64,000 nucleotides of DNA from Nemertoderma westbladi (GCA_032718475.1 JAUCBJ010008048.1:1-64000); one strand, 5' to 3'; shown: positions 1 through 12,379, counted from the stretch's first letter. Program-made: numbers and translations. Notes: a model not told the origin generated them from the sequence alone.

Positions 1-2
1 TA

Positions 3-2165
3 ATAAGATCTGTCAGTGTCTTTCCCGCTGTCCTCTCCTTGAGAAGTTTGGCTTTCACCATCGTCGGTATAACATACTGGTGTTACCCTTCTCCTAGAAA
101 CGGGTTTCTCACTTACCTTGTTTTCCAATGTCTTCTCTCTGGACTGCCTTAGGAGCTGTAATTTCACCTCGCTATCCAAGAATGACATGAGATCAGCCAT
201 GGTAGGGTCTCGTTGTTGTTGTTCCATCATATATAACACTTTCTTATCCCAGCGTGTACCTACTCCACCCTTCGGTAAAGCAGAAGCCACTGCTCTAATA
301 ACCATAGCACTCTGATACTCATGAGACTTACCTAGCCAATCTAATTGTCTACAGATCTCCTGAATCTCATCGGAAAACTCTATAATCCCGCTGCTAAGAA
401 ACTTTCGGGGCGCCATTAATTTTGCATACAAATACCCAGCTATGTCATTCCTATTACCATACCTGATGTTTAGTGTATCCCAAACTTGTCTTAATCCATC
501 TGGATGTCCAATAAATTTTAACGCCATTGACTTGGGAGGTCCTTCCAAACATTCGATGAGGAATCTAAGTTTCTCTCCGTTAGATAGTACAGAGTTCTGT
601 ATGTTATCTTTGTAATATTCATTAAAAGGTAACCATTTCATCTCATCTCCATTGAACTTGACAATCTCTCCAACCTTGACCGCTTGACGGGCTTCGGTTC
701 TAGCCATTTGACGCGTAAAACTTTCTTGAGCCATCGTATTATTGAATATAGAATTATTGGTATCTAAATTTCTCGGATTATGATCAGGTCTATATGGAAT
801 ATCATTATCAACAGGTCTATAATTACCCTTAATAGGGTTCACTATAGGAGTTTCTACTTCGCTAGCAGTATAGATGCGTGTAGGCTCCACACCTTGCGCA
901 TGAGATACTTCAGACCTAACGGGTTGACACATTGTTACAGGGGGTGGTGGTATACCCTTTTGTAAATTTACTAATTTATCGCGCTCTAGCGCGATATTTT
1001 GCTGCACTTCTTGCAACTCTAACTTGCTTTCCCTCACTGTTCCCTTTAAATGTTGGACAGTCCCTTCCAACTCTCGGACCTGTTGGGAGGAGCGTATCCG
1101 ATTCTCCTTCATCTCTCCAAGGAGAATATCCATCCCCCGCCGTCTCTCGTCTACCCATTCAACCGCCGAAACGGGCTCCGCCAACGTCGTAGCGGGCAGA
1201 CAAGGGACAACGGGCGACAAATTCGGAATATTTCGCTCGGGGTCCAGGACCTGAACTGTCTCTCGGGCAGTTCTACGGGGCACAGGTAGCTTAGTGCTAT
1301 GTAGAGGGAATTTATAGGTAGCTTCAGGGAGCACAGGTGTATCTATTACCGTAGGGGTGATTTCAAGAACAGGCCTACCTATTTCAGGCTCATCTACTAT
1401 AGTAGGGAGTCTTTCTATTTTAATTATTTGGTCTGTGGGCTCTGTACTACCTAAGTTGGTGTTATTTAGCTGCCTTCTAACAGATGGAGGCAAATCAGGC
1501 AATTTCTGACGGTGGAATGTTCTTTTACGTCTACTTGGACGAGATCTATTTCCCTTGCCTTCAGTATCGGTGGTATCGCCTTCCTCAGATGATGTATATC
1601 CCTGTCTTTTGGGAGTAGATCGATTCATCATCTGCATATTACTAGCTGCTAACTGTTTATTTATGCAGTCTTGATTCTCCTGAATGTTTTCCAATTCTAA
1701 TTGGGTGATTTCGTCAGCCGCTTTCCTTTCTGCTTCTGCCACTTTTGTCTCTGCCGCTGCCTCTGCCTCTGCCGCTGCCTCTGCCGCTTTTGCCTCTGCC
1801 GCTGCCTTGGCCGCTGCCGCCTTTCTTTCTGCTTCTGCAACTACTACTGCTGCTTTCTTTCTGTCTTCTATACGCTTTTTCCTTACTTGTTCTTCCCTTT
1901 CTCTAGCGATGCGGAGTTGTTCATCGAATTTAGCTTGGTTCGCCGCTAACCTATCTACATCAATCGCATCTAACACAAGTTTGGCTCCTTCGCTATTAGG
2001 GCTAAGTCCCTCTAGCCTTCTCCTCAACTCTTCATCTCCCACAAAACGCTGATAGTCTGACAGATAGATATCAATGGCATCCTTCTTATGCGGTTTCTCT
2101 GCCGTCGCTTCGCTCTCGGTTGTATCTAATAGACTGTCTGACAGGTTCTGCCTTGCGTCAGACAT
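3..2165 (-). CDS. gag: BEL/Pao gag-like polyprotein, partial (open to window edge)
   Basis: ATG at 2165 (MSDARQNLSDSLLDTTESEATAEKPH...). Start and window-edge codons are in the same frame. Highly similar to the 1224-aa ORF at 15721, including the KFNGDEMKW/GEKLRFL (DUF1759-like) block. Probably absent from the ORF track because it has no stop in the window. Confidence 0.8.
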   Translation of the reverse strand, partial: MSDARQNLSDSLLDTTESEATAEKPHKKDAIDIYLSDYQRFVGDEELRRRLEGLSPNSEGAKLVLDAIDVDRLAANQAKFDEQLRIAREREEQVRKKRIEDRKKAAVVVAEAERKAAAAKAAAEAKAAEAAAEAEAAAETKVAEAERKAADEITQLELENIQENQDCINKQLAASNMQMMNRSTPKRQGYTSSEEGDTTDTEGKGNRSRPSRRKRTFHRQKLPDLPPSVRRQLNNTNLGSTEPTDQIIKIERLPTIVDEPEIGRPVLEITPTVIDTPVLPEATYKFPLHSTKLPVPRRTARETVQVLDPERNIPNLSPVVPCLPATTLAEPVSAVEWVDERRRGMDILLGEMKENRIRSSQQVRELEGTVQHLKGTVRESKLELQEVQQNIALERDKLVNLQKGIPPPPVTMCQPVRSEVSHAQGVEPTRIYTASEVETPIVNPIKGNYRPVDNDIPYRPDHNPRNLDTNNSIFNNTMAQESFTRQMARTEARQAVKVGEIVKFNGDEMKWLPFNEYYKDNIQNSVLSNGEKLRFLIECLEGPPKSMALKFIGHPDGLRQVWDTLNIRYGNRNDIAGYLYAKLMAPRKFLSSGIIEFSDEIQEICRQLDWLGKSHEYQSAMVIRAVASALPKGGVGTRWDKKVLYMMEQQQRDPTMADLMSFLDSEVKLQLLRQSREKTLENKVSEKPVSRRRVTPVCYTDDGESQTSQGEDSGKDTDRSY

Positions 2166-3529
2166 GCTTATGTGTACAGTTGAATGTCTACTGCTGTATT
2201 ACAGTCTGAGCAAGCCTAGTAACTCAGTATTAACTGATAGCCTAGTAATTAATTACCGGTACTGCTACTCAGTGTAGCGTGATATATATAATATATTAGA
2301 ATACCGGTATGCTTATAGTATATATAAGTATTATTACAGACTAGGTTTATCACAGAATACCGGTATAATTTTAGCACAAATATATATAAATATATAATAG
2401 GCCTATCGGGAATACCGGTATACAGCTTACAGTTTGTAGGATATATAATTCTGAAATAGAATTAATTACAAGTACCGGTATAATTTCAGCCTAGATTTAT
2501 AGAAATAAAGATAATAGGCCTATCGTAAATACCGGTATATCAATTATTTTAAAATAACTGAATTTCTGAATTTCAAGGGTTACTTGGTTACTTTACTTAC
2601 TTTATTACCGTTATTTGAGCAGTAATCCAACTGATATTGAGACCTAATGGTTGTATGGTATGCCTACTATTTATAAATCGTTGGATTTGATTTATAATAT
2701 ATATATACCCGTTTTAATGGGTTTTGTCTATGTTTGAAATAAATGTTATTATTTCTGGGGAGTAATCACTACACAAAGCGGTGCGCTTTCAGTGAAGTGT
2801 TACTTATGAGACACTAAAACAAATAATACTAATTTACCTAAGTTACTTAATACTACAAATTACGTACAATTCGGGTTGAGATTACAATCTCTAAATAAAC
2901 ACAAAAATTTACAAAAAACACAAAATACGAATTTTTAGGGTAATTTTACAAGAAGTCTACAAACCAGCCTAACAAAGGGTTAGATAACCGGTTATTACAA
3001 CGGCTGAACGGACAGAGTACTACGGTATTTGAAATAATAAGTAGTAGTAAATACACTGCGTCGTCCAGATAGGAAAATACCACCGCCTGACGACCTATAG
3101 CCGTATCGCTATAGGTTCTACGTTATGTATCACGGAGTGTTCCTACCTAGAAGTTAATAGAGCTAATCGAATGTGCCTATCAACCACTTTACAACACAGA
3201 TATAATGCCTACACTAATTATTCTCGGAAAGCACTGTACACTAAACCCTAAATTAGGTACGAGTACTTGTACAACAGATAATCAGTAATTAAATATACTT
3301 GAACAGCTAAAAGAACCACGGCATCTGCTGGAGTGACCGATGCACAAAATCACCAGTCTTTACCTACGCCGAGCAGCCCGTGTAGTACCGGGGTTAATTT
3401 AACTATAGCGGTATGTATAACAAACACAATTACTGTAGGAACAAACTTGGGGAATGAATGTTGCGAATAATCGCATAAACTCTGAATAATAAATATTACG
3501 CTACGCGTACAAACTACTCAAACAAAATA

Positions 3530-4075
3530 CAGACCGAACACTGACAGACTACTATCAAGCCTAAACAAACCACGGTATATGCAGACTCCGAAATGATTAG
3601 GGAGTATGCGCTCAAACCCAGTAGTGCGACTTATTCTTTAGTTGGGGGATTACCTTACAGCGTTCGCTGCCCCTACTGCCTAATCGTACTTAATCGGACA
3701 GATGATCTACACACGCGGCAATCCGTTCAGACCTAATAACAGCCAGACAACTATCCAGCCTACAAATTATCTAAATAAAATTATACGCTACCCGTACAGA
3801 CTTACACAAACAAAGTACAGACTAAACGATGGCAGACCACTCTCAAGCCTAAATAAACCACAGGACATGCAGACTCCGAAATGATTAGGGAGTATGCGCT
3901 CTAACCCAGTAGTGCGACTTATTCTTTAGTTGGGGGATTACCTTACAGCGTTCGCTGCCCCTACTGCCTAATCGTACTTAATCGGACAAGTGCTCTACAC
4001 ACACTGTAATCCGTTCAGACTTAACAGCAATCAGACAACAGCTCAGCCTACAAATTGTCTGTACAATCCGACCAG
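3530..4075. repeat. ~300-bp imperfect tandem duplication in the LTR-element leader (also at ~13790-14340)
   Basis: GCAGACTCCGAAATGATTAGGGAGTATGCGCTC...CTTAATCGGACA occurs at ~3581 and ~3869. Confidence 0.75.
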
Positions 4076-5736
4076 GCTTACACGCCTTCTGTTCAATACT
4101 GGCCTACAAATAAATAAAACTTGACAGAAATAAGTAAACCATATAAAGGTATAAGGGGTGATCAATCCCTAATCCCTTAAACAGCCTACCGGTATGCAAT
4201 AATCAAATCGAATAATACTAGTGTACTTATACTGAAGTACCGGTTAGAACAGTTAGGCCTACTGACCTACAGAGTGTACCGGTTCAGGTTTACCGGTTGA
4301 CCGGTACTTTCAACTTTATTGCTCACTGCAACAAAGAAGCTATATCCTTTAATGTTCGCGCTTTCAGACCTTTGGCAGTTTAACCCGCCAAATTAAGATG
4401 TCTTCTAGATATTAAATCGCTTTTTAGCCTATGACAAGTATTTGATTCACTACACTAGTCGAAACCAATCCGTGCGCGACCATTCACCCGCTGGATATTC
4501 CCGGGAGATTGGGTTCGACGGTTTAATTTTGTTGCTATGTAAGCCTAATGTATTATTCGACTGACAGTATTATATAATCTCTGACAATATTATTTACCTT
4601 CGGGAATATTAACAGTTCCTTTAGGACGTGGCGCTTTATCTACATAAACAGAGTTATGACTTAAACTACTCACAACGACATGGCTCAATTATAATTCACA
4701 TATATGGCGCATTCTTTAGGAATGCTTCTTTAACAGACTCACTCATACACAATGCTGCACAATACTGCACACTAATCTGCCGATCTTCACTGATTTTAGT
4801 CACATATAAAAGGAACACAGACTGACTCATGTAGGGTCTATCAAATAACATTAGATTCACTTCAAACCACTTTAACATAAGTCACAATCGTTTATCTGTA
4901 ACCCTTCTCTCTTACCTTCGGTATATCAAGAATATTGGGTTTCGGGGTTATTTATCGTTATTCCAAATATAATAATTCATCAACCATGTTATGAAGAACT
5001 GACAGTAAATAGCAGTATAAAACAACAATGAAAACACTGATTGTTATGAGTTTGCAATGTTTCAACAGTCAGTATGTATGATCAGTCAGCAGTATGATCA
5101 TGAGTCAGGTAGTTAAAGGATATATGCCCTTTATAATTAAACCTACTAGTGTAAGACTAAAAACTAAAACACGGAGGTGCCAAAGCCGGTTCTTAGGCTC
5201 TGGGCAAAAAACATAACACTGAACTACTGAGTTTCTGTATATACCTCCAACACAAAGACAACAAACGCTCTGATTGGTCAACCTGAACAATGAGAGAACA
5301 GAGAAACAAAGAAACGTCGACGTGGCAATATCAGCTGCTAGCTGTCGTCATGGTAGCGACACTGTTTTCAAGAGTATCGCGCTTTTACGTCACGGAATTA
5401 CGGATTATGTCCTCTAAAGTACAAATACAGAAGAAATAGCTCTTATGTCCGCTAAAACACCAGTACAGCAAGGACACGGCCTTTTTATGCCTGGTAAACC
5501 AACTACAGAGTACTTTACGGGAAAAATAAGGAAAAATAACCGGACAATTCAGTAAAAGCTTTTACAAATGACTACAGCTGAACGCACAGGACTAGAGGAT
5601 TACTGCATTAGCATATTACTGTATTAGGGTAGGCTACCTACTGCAGTACTGAACTAAACCACAACTACAGAACTACCGGTACCAAACACAGAAACAGCCA
5701 GACCAGACTACTGGACTACAATCATACAATGCGGCA

Positions 5737-7758
5737 ATGGACCGGGAGCAAGTAGAGCGAGAGTTCGAATGTTCCGTATGTCTACGACTTTTACATCAGC
5801 CACGAGTTTTAATCAACTGCTCCCACTGTTTCTGTTACAAATGCATCATCAAATTTTCAATACAACGCGGTGATGGATTTTCGTTGGAATGTCCTCGTTG
5901 TCGGAATCCCACCGAGGTAGAGAAACTGGATTCTTTGCCGACAGTAAATCATGTCGTCACTTCTATGATTGATATGATTCGAAAAGAAAAAACATGCGAC
6001 GAGTGCGGAAAAAACAAAGGAACGAATCCCTGCGAACGTTGCGACACCGAATTGTGCAGAAAGTGCGAACTTTACCACGTCTGTGACGTCAATCCACCTA
6101 ATTCGACATCAGCTGGTGAACCGACGCCGACGGGATGCTGGTCTAATGACGTAGATCTCGGTAAACAAGGAGCTGTTGGTGGATCTAAAGAACCGGATCC
6201 CGATCTGTGCCTAATCCACGGTCTAAACAAACGCCATTATTGCGAGAAATGCGAATGTACTGTTTGTCGCCAATGTCATTCCGTAGACGATATTTCTAAA
6301 GATCACGAGGTCTTGTATTCCAACGAAATCTGTACTTCAATCAGACGAAACTTAGTAGAAGGTCCGGGAAAGTTGAGAACACGACTGGAGACTAAACTAA
6401 CAGTGTTGGAAGGAATTCTGGGGGATTTAGAGGACGTCACTAAAGTTTCCACCGACGACATCCGCAAACACTTCCAATATTTATACAACGAATTAAAAGC
6501 AGCTGAAGATACAATGATGAAGCAGGTCCAGGATTTAAATACCAAAACGGCGGGAAACATATCAGCAGCGCAGGAAATTCTCGCTAATATCGAAATTCCT
6601 GAAGAAAACGAATATTATAAGAAGATAAAGAATTCCGAGTTGATAAAGGAAATAGCGGAAGCCAAGAAGATCCTAAAGAAATATAAAGAAACCGAGCAGC
6701 GGATTTCTGAGATCGAAGTTGTAGAGGTACCGGAAATTCGTTTCGTTCCGGTTGAGTTACAGAAAGACCTGGAAGGGATTACCGGCCGCGTTGATATTAT
6801 ATATAGCGGCGATGGAGGAGAGAAGATGGCGGTTCCAGTAGAAGAACTGGAGGTTGAGAAACGTTTTGACCTCCGCCAATACGAAGATATTTTATTAAGA
6901 GATCCGCAGCTAAAGGAAACATGTCGGATCGACTGTCGGAGAATGGGAATCGGTAAAGTCGGTCCCATTGGTGGTTATCATGGAAACCTGGGGATAACCG
7001 ATTCCCTAACTAACAGGATTTATATTTACGAATTCAACGACGCCGATTCTTTATCTCTACGTGGTGAACCTATAATCCTCGAATCCGACTGCAACGCCGA
7101 AAAGAAACAGATTAAGTTTCTAGATAACTACGAGGAAACCTGGATCGCCGCAACGGAAGAATGTGTATTTGTAATAAACGCAGGCAAAGGTGATGTCAAA
7201 CATTTGTGTCTTGGTAAAGAGAGATACCGCGGTCAACCAATAGGCCCAATGGTCGGCATCCATCGTGATTATCTGCTAACGTCAAACAACTGCGTGATTA
7301 AACTGGACCTGCGCGATTGTTCTAAGGAATGGATATCCCGTATCGAAGAACCCGGGAAACTCCTTTCCACTACCTGCCATAGTTCAACGCACTATTTATA
7401 CGTCGGATTATTCCAACCTAACGAACATAAGTTATCCCTATGTAACTATTCCGCTACCGGCACCGGACCCAACGTTACTCTCGTATTGAATAGAACGCTA
7501 TCCGTTCTTGATTGCGGTAAATCCATCCCTATTGGGGCGGTGGAACCACTGCTGAATCTGTATTTCTTAGTTCCTCTAGAAAAAGAAGGGAATTATTATC
7601 TGGGGGTTTATAAATACGTTCCAAACGTAACTAAAGTATCCCGATTGGGTGCCGTGCCAGTAAACGGGTTCGGTGGGATGGCTGTTGGGTATAATAATAG
7701 TGGATTATTTCTGTACGAAACTCGTAGTAACAGTTTACTTTATATTAAATATAACTGA
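5737..7758 (+). CDS. Intronless TRIM/RBCC-like E3 ubiquitin ligase (RING, two B-boxes, coiled coil, beta-rich C-terminus possibly NHL-like)
   Basis: 673-aa ORF with C3HC4 RING (CSVC...CSHCFCYKC...CPRC), B-box1 (CDEC...CERC...CRKCELYH) and B-box2 (CLIH...YCEKC..TVCRQC...H). A helical region and then a beta-strand-rich tail follow. Confidence 0.88.
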   Translation: MDREQVEREFECSVCLRLLHQPRVLINCSHCFCYKCIIKFSIQRGDGFSLECPRCRNPTEVEKLDSLPTVNHVVTSMIDMIRKEKTCDECGKNKGTNPCERCDTELCRKCELYHVCDVNPPNSTSAGEPTPTGCWSNDVDLGKQGAVGGSKEPDPDLCLIHGLNKRHYCEKCECTVCRQCHSVDDISKDHEVLYSNEICTSIRRNLVEGPGKLRTRLETKLTVLEGILGDLEDVTKVSTDDIRKHFQYLYNELKAAEDTMMKQVQDLNTKTAGNISAAQEILANIEIPEENEYYKKIKNSELIKEIAEAKKILKKYKETEQRISEIEVVEVPEIRFVPVELQKDLEGITGRVDIIYSGDGGEKMAVPVEELEVEKRFDLRQYEDILLRDPQLKETCRIDCRRMGIGKVGPIGGYHGNLGITDSLTNRIYIYEFNDADSLSLRGEPIILESDCNAEKKQIKFLDNYEETWIAATEECVFVINAGKGDVKHLCLGKERYRGQPIGPMVGIHRDYLLTSNNCVIKLDLRDCSKEWISRIEEPGKLLSTTCHSSTHYLYVGLFQPNEHKLSLCNYSATGTGPNVTLVLNRTLSVLDCGKSIPIGAVEPLLNLYFLVPLEKEGNYYLGVYKYVPNVTKVSRLGAVPVNGFGGMAVGYNNSGLFLYETRSNSLLYIKYN

Positions 7759-8401
7759 ATCAGCTACACCTATCGATAAATTGAGTTTTAACTCGCTAAC
7801 TATATATAACTGTTTACTTAACTCTTTCTTTCATTTAATACAGGCTCCAGTCTATGGCCCCGTATTTTATATATTACTGAGCTACCCCACATATATATTT
7901 AGTAAAGATATGAGAAATTATAAAATTTTTTCACCAAACCGGTTCCGCTGGTTTTTTAGAGGGTCTTAAACATAGCAACGGAGGAAATCCCCATAGCAAC
8001 AGATCTTATAGTAGATATGACGAGTTACAATTTATGGAAGATTATTATTTTGGATTCGAAGAATTTAATGACATATTTCGTTTTTTGAAAATACCATAGC
8101 AACCAAGTGAAAACGACCTTCTATATTAGCTGTATTGATAATGTCCTTAGCAACGGACTAACGTAATTTCGGTTTTTTTTACATTTCGATTCCGACATTT
8201 CGTAACAGAATAATTTTATAGTTGTGACATTTTTGATTGAAATTTTTTATTAAATTATGAAAATATAATAATGTGACATTCATTAATTTCGCGATTTATG
8301 CGAGTGACATGCTATTTATAAGTAATATAAATGGTTATAAATAAATTATTTATTACATAATAAATACGCTTTTGGCCGCTTTCGTTCATATTATTTTTAA
8401 T

Positions 8402-8828
8402 ATTTATCAACTCCAATCGATAGATTAGGTGTTTACGCAACTAAATATGTATCATTTATAACATTTATCAACTCCAATCGATAGATTAGGTGTTTACGCA
8501 ACTAAATATGTATCATTTATAACATTTATCAACTCCAATCGATAGATTAGGTGTTTATGCAACTAAATATGTATCATTTATAACATTTATCAACTCCAAT
8601 CGATAGATTAGGTGTTTACGCAACTAAATATGTATCATTTATAACATTTATCAACTCCAATCGATAGATTAGGTGTTTACGCAACTAAATATGTATCATT
8701 TATAACATTTATCAACTCCAATCGATAGATTAGGTGTTTACGCAACTAAATATGTATCATTTATAACATTTATCAACTCCAATCGATAGATTAGGTGTTT
8801 ACGCAACTAAATATGTATCATTTATAAC
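8402..8828. repeat. Minisatellite, 61-bp unit x7
   Basis: ATTTATCAACTCCAATCGATAGATTAGGTGTTTACGCAACTAAATATGTATCATTTATAAC repeated near-perfectly, with no spacers. Confidence 0.95.
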
Positions 8829-9698
8829 ATTTCATGTCGATGGCTCAGTTTTATTCAGGATTTAATGGAAATATTCTGGGGTCACGCCAATTCACACAGA
8901 AACACGATCTCCTTAAAATGTGACTTCCCGTCGGTTTCATCAAGAGTTCTTTACGTATAAAGATATATAATACTCTTAGCTTTCGAATGCACTAAATATC
9001 TCAGAATTTCATTAACATGGACTCGAGTTATTAAGGATTTCCTGAAAAAGTTCCACATTTTAACTAATTTTCATAATATTTGAGTATTACAGTATAATTT
9101 TGCCTTGTATATCTCTGTTGCCATGGCAGCTGCTGTATGAATTGAATAGAAGCACTTCTAACTCAATAGGTATTCCTCGCCGCGGTTGTAAATTGTTGTG
9201 TTTCCACAGTAAATAGACCGTTTTATACGCGGTAAAAATTGTCTAGGGTCCCAAAGTAAGTGTGACATGTTGCCAATGGCAACGCCTCAAGCTAATTTAG
9301 CAAGGTTTCTATAAAATTATTACAAAATATTTGTTAAAACAAATATAACTTGCATCCAAAATGTCAATGCGTTGCCTCATTGTATGTCAGTTGAAAGATT
9401 ACAGTATGTCTGGGTAGTTGGTAGACAGACATGTGAAGATGGTAAGACTATGTAGTCAGTATCCATGGCAACAGATGTGTATTCCTGTACATACAGTGGC
9501 AACGGACGAAGGGTTGGTTGGTTTTTGTTTAAAACATGTATATTGATTATTAGAATTATGTGATATACTTAGGGACCACACCATAGCAACAGGGGGTCTT
9601 TACCATAGCAACAAGTTATACTCCATAGCAACCATCACGCAGTTACTGAAATCAGTAGAAAATGTTTATGTCAAGCTTACTAGGCAATATAGGTGATA

Positions 9699-11590
9699 CT
9701 ACTACTACTAGGTCGAGCGAACTCAGACAGTGGAAATGAGATCCTTCCAGGCTTCCCGATTCTCCATAGTTGTCGCAATTTCGTTTCTCCCAAGTTCAGT
9801 ATCCCTTTCAAGTTGATCTATATATGTTATGGTCGGTCGTCCACGACTACGCTTTCCATGAGTTGGTTGCCAGAGAAGTAGATCTGGTATGACCTCGTCT
9901 TTACTTCGCCAGCAGTGATCACTGAATCTTAATCTGCGTTCCCGGAGGGTGGTTGATACAGGTGGTATTGTAGCATAAAGCTCGGCATTTGTCATGTGTT
10001 GTCTCCAGCTGATGATTAGGGCTGCCCTTAGTAGTCTTGTGTAGCAACCATCAATTCGTTGTTCAAGTGATTTAGTCAGTGTCCAGGTCTCACCCCCGTA
10101 TAAAAATACACTTTCCACTGTGGCTCGAAAGAACTTAGTCTTCAGGTGCCTGGAGAGATCTGATTTCCAGATGGTATCCATTTTTGATAGAGCTACCCAA
10201 GCCTTTGCTTTCCTAACTTCTATGTCCTTTTTGCTACTCTCTATCCATGATCCAAGGTACTGGAAGTCATCGACCTTCCTTAGTTGATTATTATCAATGG
10301 TTGTCAAGTTTCCAACAACATTAAAGGTCATGAATTCGGTCTTGGTAGCATTTATATGCAATCCAACCTCCTTAGCAGCCTTCTCCACTTTATTTAGTAG
10401 AAGCTGTGCATCTGCTAGCGTATTAGAGAGCAGGGCGTTGTCATCCGCAAAGTCGGTGTCTGTGACTGTAGTTGCCGGATATATACTACTTCTGCGTTCT
10501 TGAAGTGTGAATCCCAGATCTTCACCCTTTGTGGCCGTCCTCATTGCGTAATCCAGCACAATTACAAATAGTAATGGTGTTAATGTGTCACCTTGCAGTA
10601 CGCTAGCCAGGATTGAGAAAAACTCAGTTTCACCATCTGGTGAGAGTACCTGCGCTTCTGTGTCACAATATAACAATCCAATGCCAGCAACAATTACTTC
10701 TGGTATTGCATAAGCTCTTAGGATTTCAAGCATTTTACCTCTATGGATGGAGTCGAATGCCTTCTTGAAGTCCACAAAAGTCATGACTGCGGGGAGATTC
10801 TTTGACTTAATTCCTTCAATCAGTCTCCGTAGTGCAAGTATCTGAGCTATTGTTGATCTACTTGGTCGAAATCCGTTTTGGCTCTTACGCAGTAATTTCT
10901 CTATGTGAGGCCTAATCCTATATAGAATCATTTTATTGTATATTTTGGCAGCTACCACAAGCAGACAGATCCCACGATAGTTTGTTGGTATGCCGAGTTC
11001 ACTTTTCTTGGGGAGAGGCCTTAGTTGACCTTTAGTCCAAATTGGTGGTGGCTTTTCCCCTTTTAACATCCGTTTGCAAACATTCAATAATGGTCTATTT
11101 AGCACTCCGGTTTTCCATACCTCCGCTGGGATTTCATCTAATCCACTCGCTTTATTATTGGACATGCTTTTAATGCTTCTTTGGAGTTCAGCAGGTGTGA
11201 AGTCCCCTGTTTCTATAGGTAGTGTCTTGTCATATATTTTCCTTGTAGGGCTGACGTCGATGTTTGGTGGCTGCCCAAGCAAGTTGCTGAAGTGATTTTT
11301 CCACTTCCCAACACGTTCTTCAGGACTATCGGCTTTGAGGCGCCCCTTTGCACAACTTTTCAGACCAGATACCTCATTTACAGTTTGCCAGGTAAGTCTT
11401 GATTGTTGCTGTATGTGAGCAGTTGTAACCGTGAGCGGTTTTATCCTGTATGTACTTTTCCTGGCTGATGTTGTAGGCCAATTTAAGATATCCTTAGCTT
11501 TCTCAACCTTGTTAATGTTTTCGGTTGTTGGTTGTTCGGTTTTAACTTTATAGGCTATCTTAAGATCTTCTCTCTTACAAGTAACCTCAG
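9699..11590 (-). mobile_element. 5'-truncated RTE-clade non-LTR retrotransposon
   Basis: (TAG)n 3' tail on the minus strand; 12-bp TSD ATATAGGTGATA at 9687-9698 and 11591-11602; contains an RT ORF. Confidence 0.9.
9723..11282 (-). CDS. RTE-type reverse transcriptase (truncated ORF, no endonuclease)
   Basis: Motifs KASGLDEIP, NYRGICLL, QNGFRPSRS, FVDFKKAFDSI, LQGDTL, FADD, FQYLGS and GRP near the C-terminus. Confidence 0.88.
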   Translation of the reverse strand: MLGQPPNIDVSPTRKIYDKTLPIETGDFTPAELQRSIKSMSNNKASGLDEIPAEVWKTGVLNRPLLNVCKRMLKGEKPPPIWTKGQLRPLPKKSELGIPTNYRGICLLVVAAKIYNKMILYRIRPHIEKLLRKSQNGFRPSRSTIAQILALRRLIEGIKSKNLPAVMTFVDFKKAFDSIHRGKMLEILRAYAIPEVIVAGIGLLYCDTEAQVLSPDGETEFFSILASVLQGDTLTPLLFVIVLDYAMRTATKGEDLGFTLQERRSSIYPATTVTDTDFADDNALLSNTLADAQLLLNKVEKAAKEVGLHINATKTEFMTFNVVGNLTTIDNNQLRKVDDFQYLGSWIESSKKDIEVRKAKAWVALSKMDTIWKSDLSRHLKTKFFRATVESVFLYGGETWTLTKSLEQRIDGCYTRLLRAALIISWRQHMTNAELYATIPPVSTTLRERRLRFSDHCWRSKDEVIPDLLLWQPTHGKRSRGRPTITYIDQLERDTELGRNEIATTMENREAWKDLISTV

Positions 11591-11607
11591 ATATAGGTGA
11601 TATAGAT

Positions 11608-11945
11608 ACCCTGATAACAATTGCATGTTATTTTAACGTTTATATCACATTTTTATTGAACATGTGAAACGTTTGAAAAAACGTTTGCGACACGTCCAGA
11701 AATAGATAATTTTCATGTTATTTTGTCCAAGCGGGTGGCATGTAATAAACGTTTAGAAGTAAACGTGTAAATAGCATGAAACAAACGTTACCCAATCGCC
11801 GGTTCTTTATTTACGTTTGAATTAAACGTGTCTAGCATGTGTAACTAACGTGAATCATGCGTCGGTTCTTTCGAAATTGCTTGGAAATATACGTTTTTTT
11901 AATGCAAAGAAAACATTTGTTTTAAACGTTGTAAATCGTTATTCT
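11608..11945. repeat. Possible MITE/DNA-transposon end fragment with repeated AAACGTTT-like motifs
   Basis: Begins ACCCTGATAAC and has many AAACGT motifs; no partner terminus seen. Confidence 0.3.
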
Positions 11946-12039
11946 CTAAACTAATTTGGTCATCCATTGATTCCACCACCGGATTGTTCTCATGGTATGC
12001 AATTGTTCGAATTAAAAAGATAATTTATGTGTAAAACCG

Positions 12040-12379
12040 GGACAGCCTGAACCTCCGGTATGGCCTCGTCCCACCAGGACTCCCGTCCAAGTGCGAGGGT
12101 TGTGGGGGGACGTTCTCCACCTCGCACGCGCTCAGCTGCAAGTCCGGCGGCCTCATCGTGAAACGCCACGATGAGGTGCGCGATGTTTTCGGGGAACTCC
12201 TGGCGTCGGCGTTCGGTGCGCCCAGCGTTGAGCGGGAGGTGACCCTGTCCCGGGGGTACCTCGACAGGGGAGGTAGGGGGAGTGCGGGGGGATTTGGTCG
12301 CGCGGGGGGTCTGGGCTAACCAGAGAGTGGCGTCGTTTGATATTGCGGTAATTAACGCTGACGCCACCTCTTACGCCCA
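12040..12379 (+). pseudogene. CRE-clade non-LTR retrotransposon fragment (Zn-knuckle/restriction-like endonuclease region), cut by the BEL LTR
   Basis: Frameshifted translation LRYGLVPPGLPSKCEGCG...HALSCKSGGLIVKRHDEVRDVFGELL...RGDLVARGVW...FDIAVINADATSY. Confidence 0.75.

Larger units (their letters stand above)
1..5566 (-). mobile_element. BEL/Pao-type LTR retrotransposon copy 1 (5' LTR + long leader + gag; runs off window start)
   Basis: On the minus strand it begins TGTAAAAGCTTTT at 5566, the same start as the copies at 12380 and 26588. It is colinear with 12380-18810 through the leader and gag. Confidence 0.85.

Noticed and set aside
118-2277. Short plus-strand ORFs here and minus-strand ORFs within 15687-19011
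   Set aside because: Antisense shadows of the gag genes.
8402-8828. CRISPR-like repeat
   Set aside because: Identical contiguous units with no spacers.
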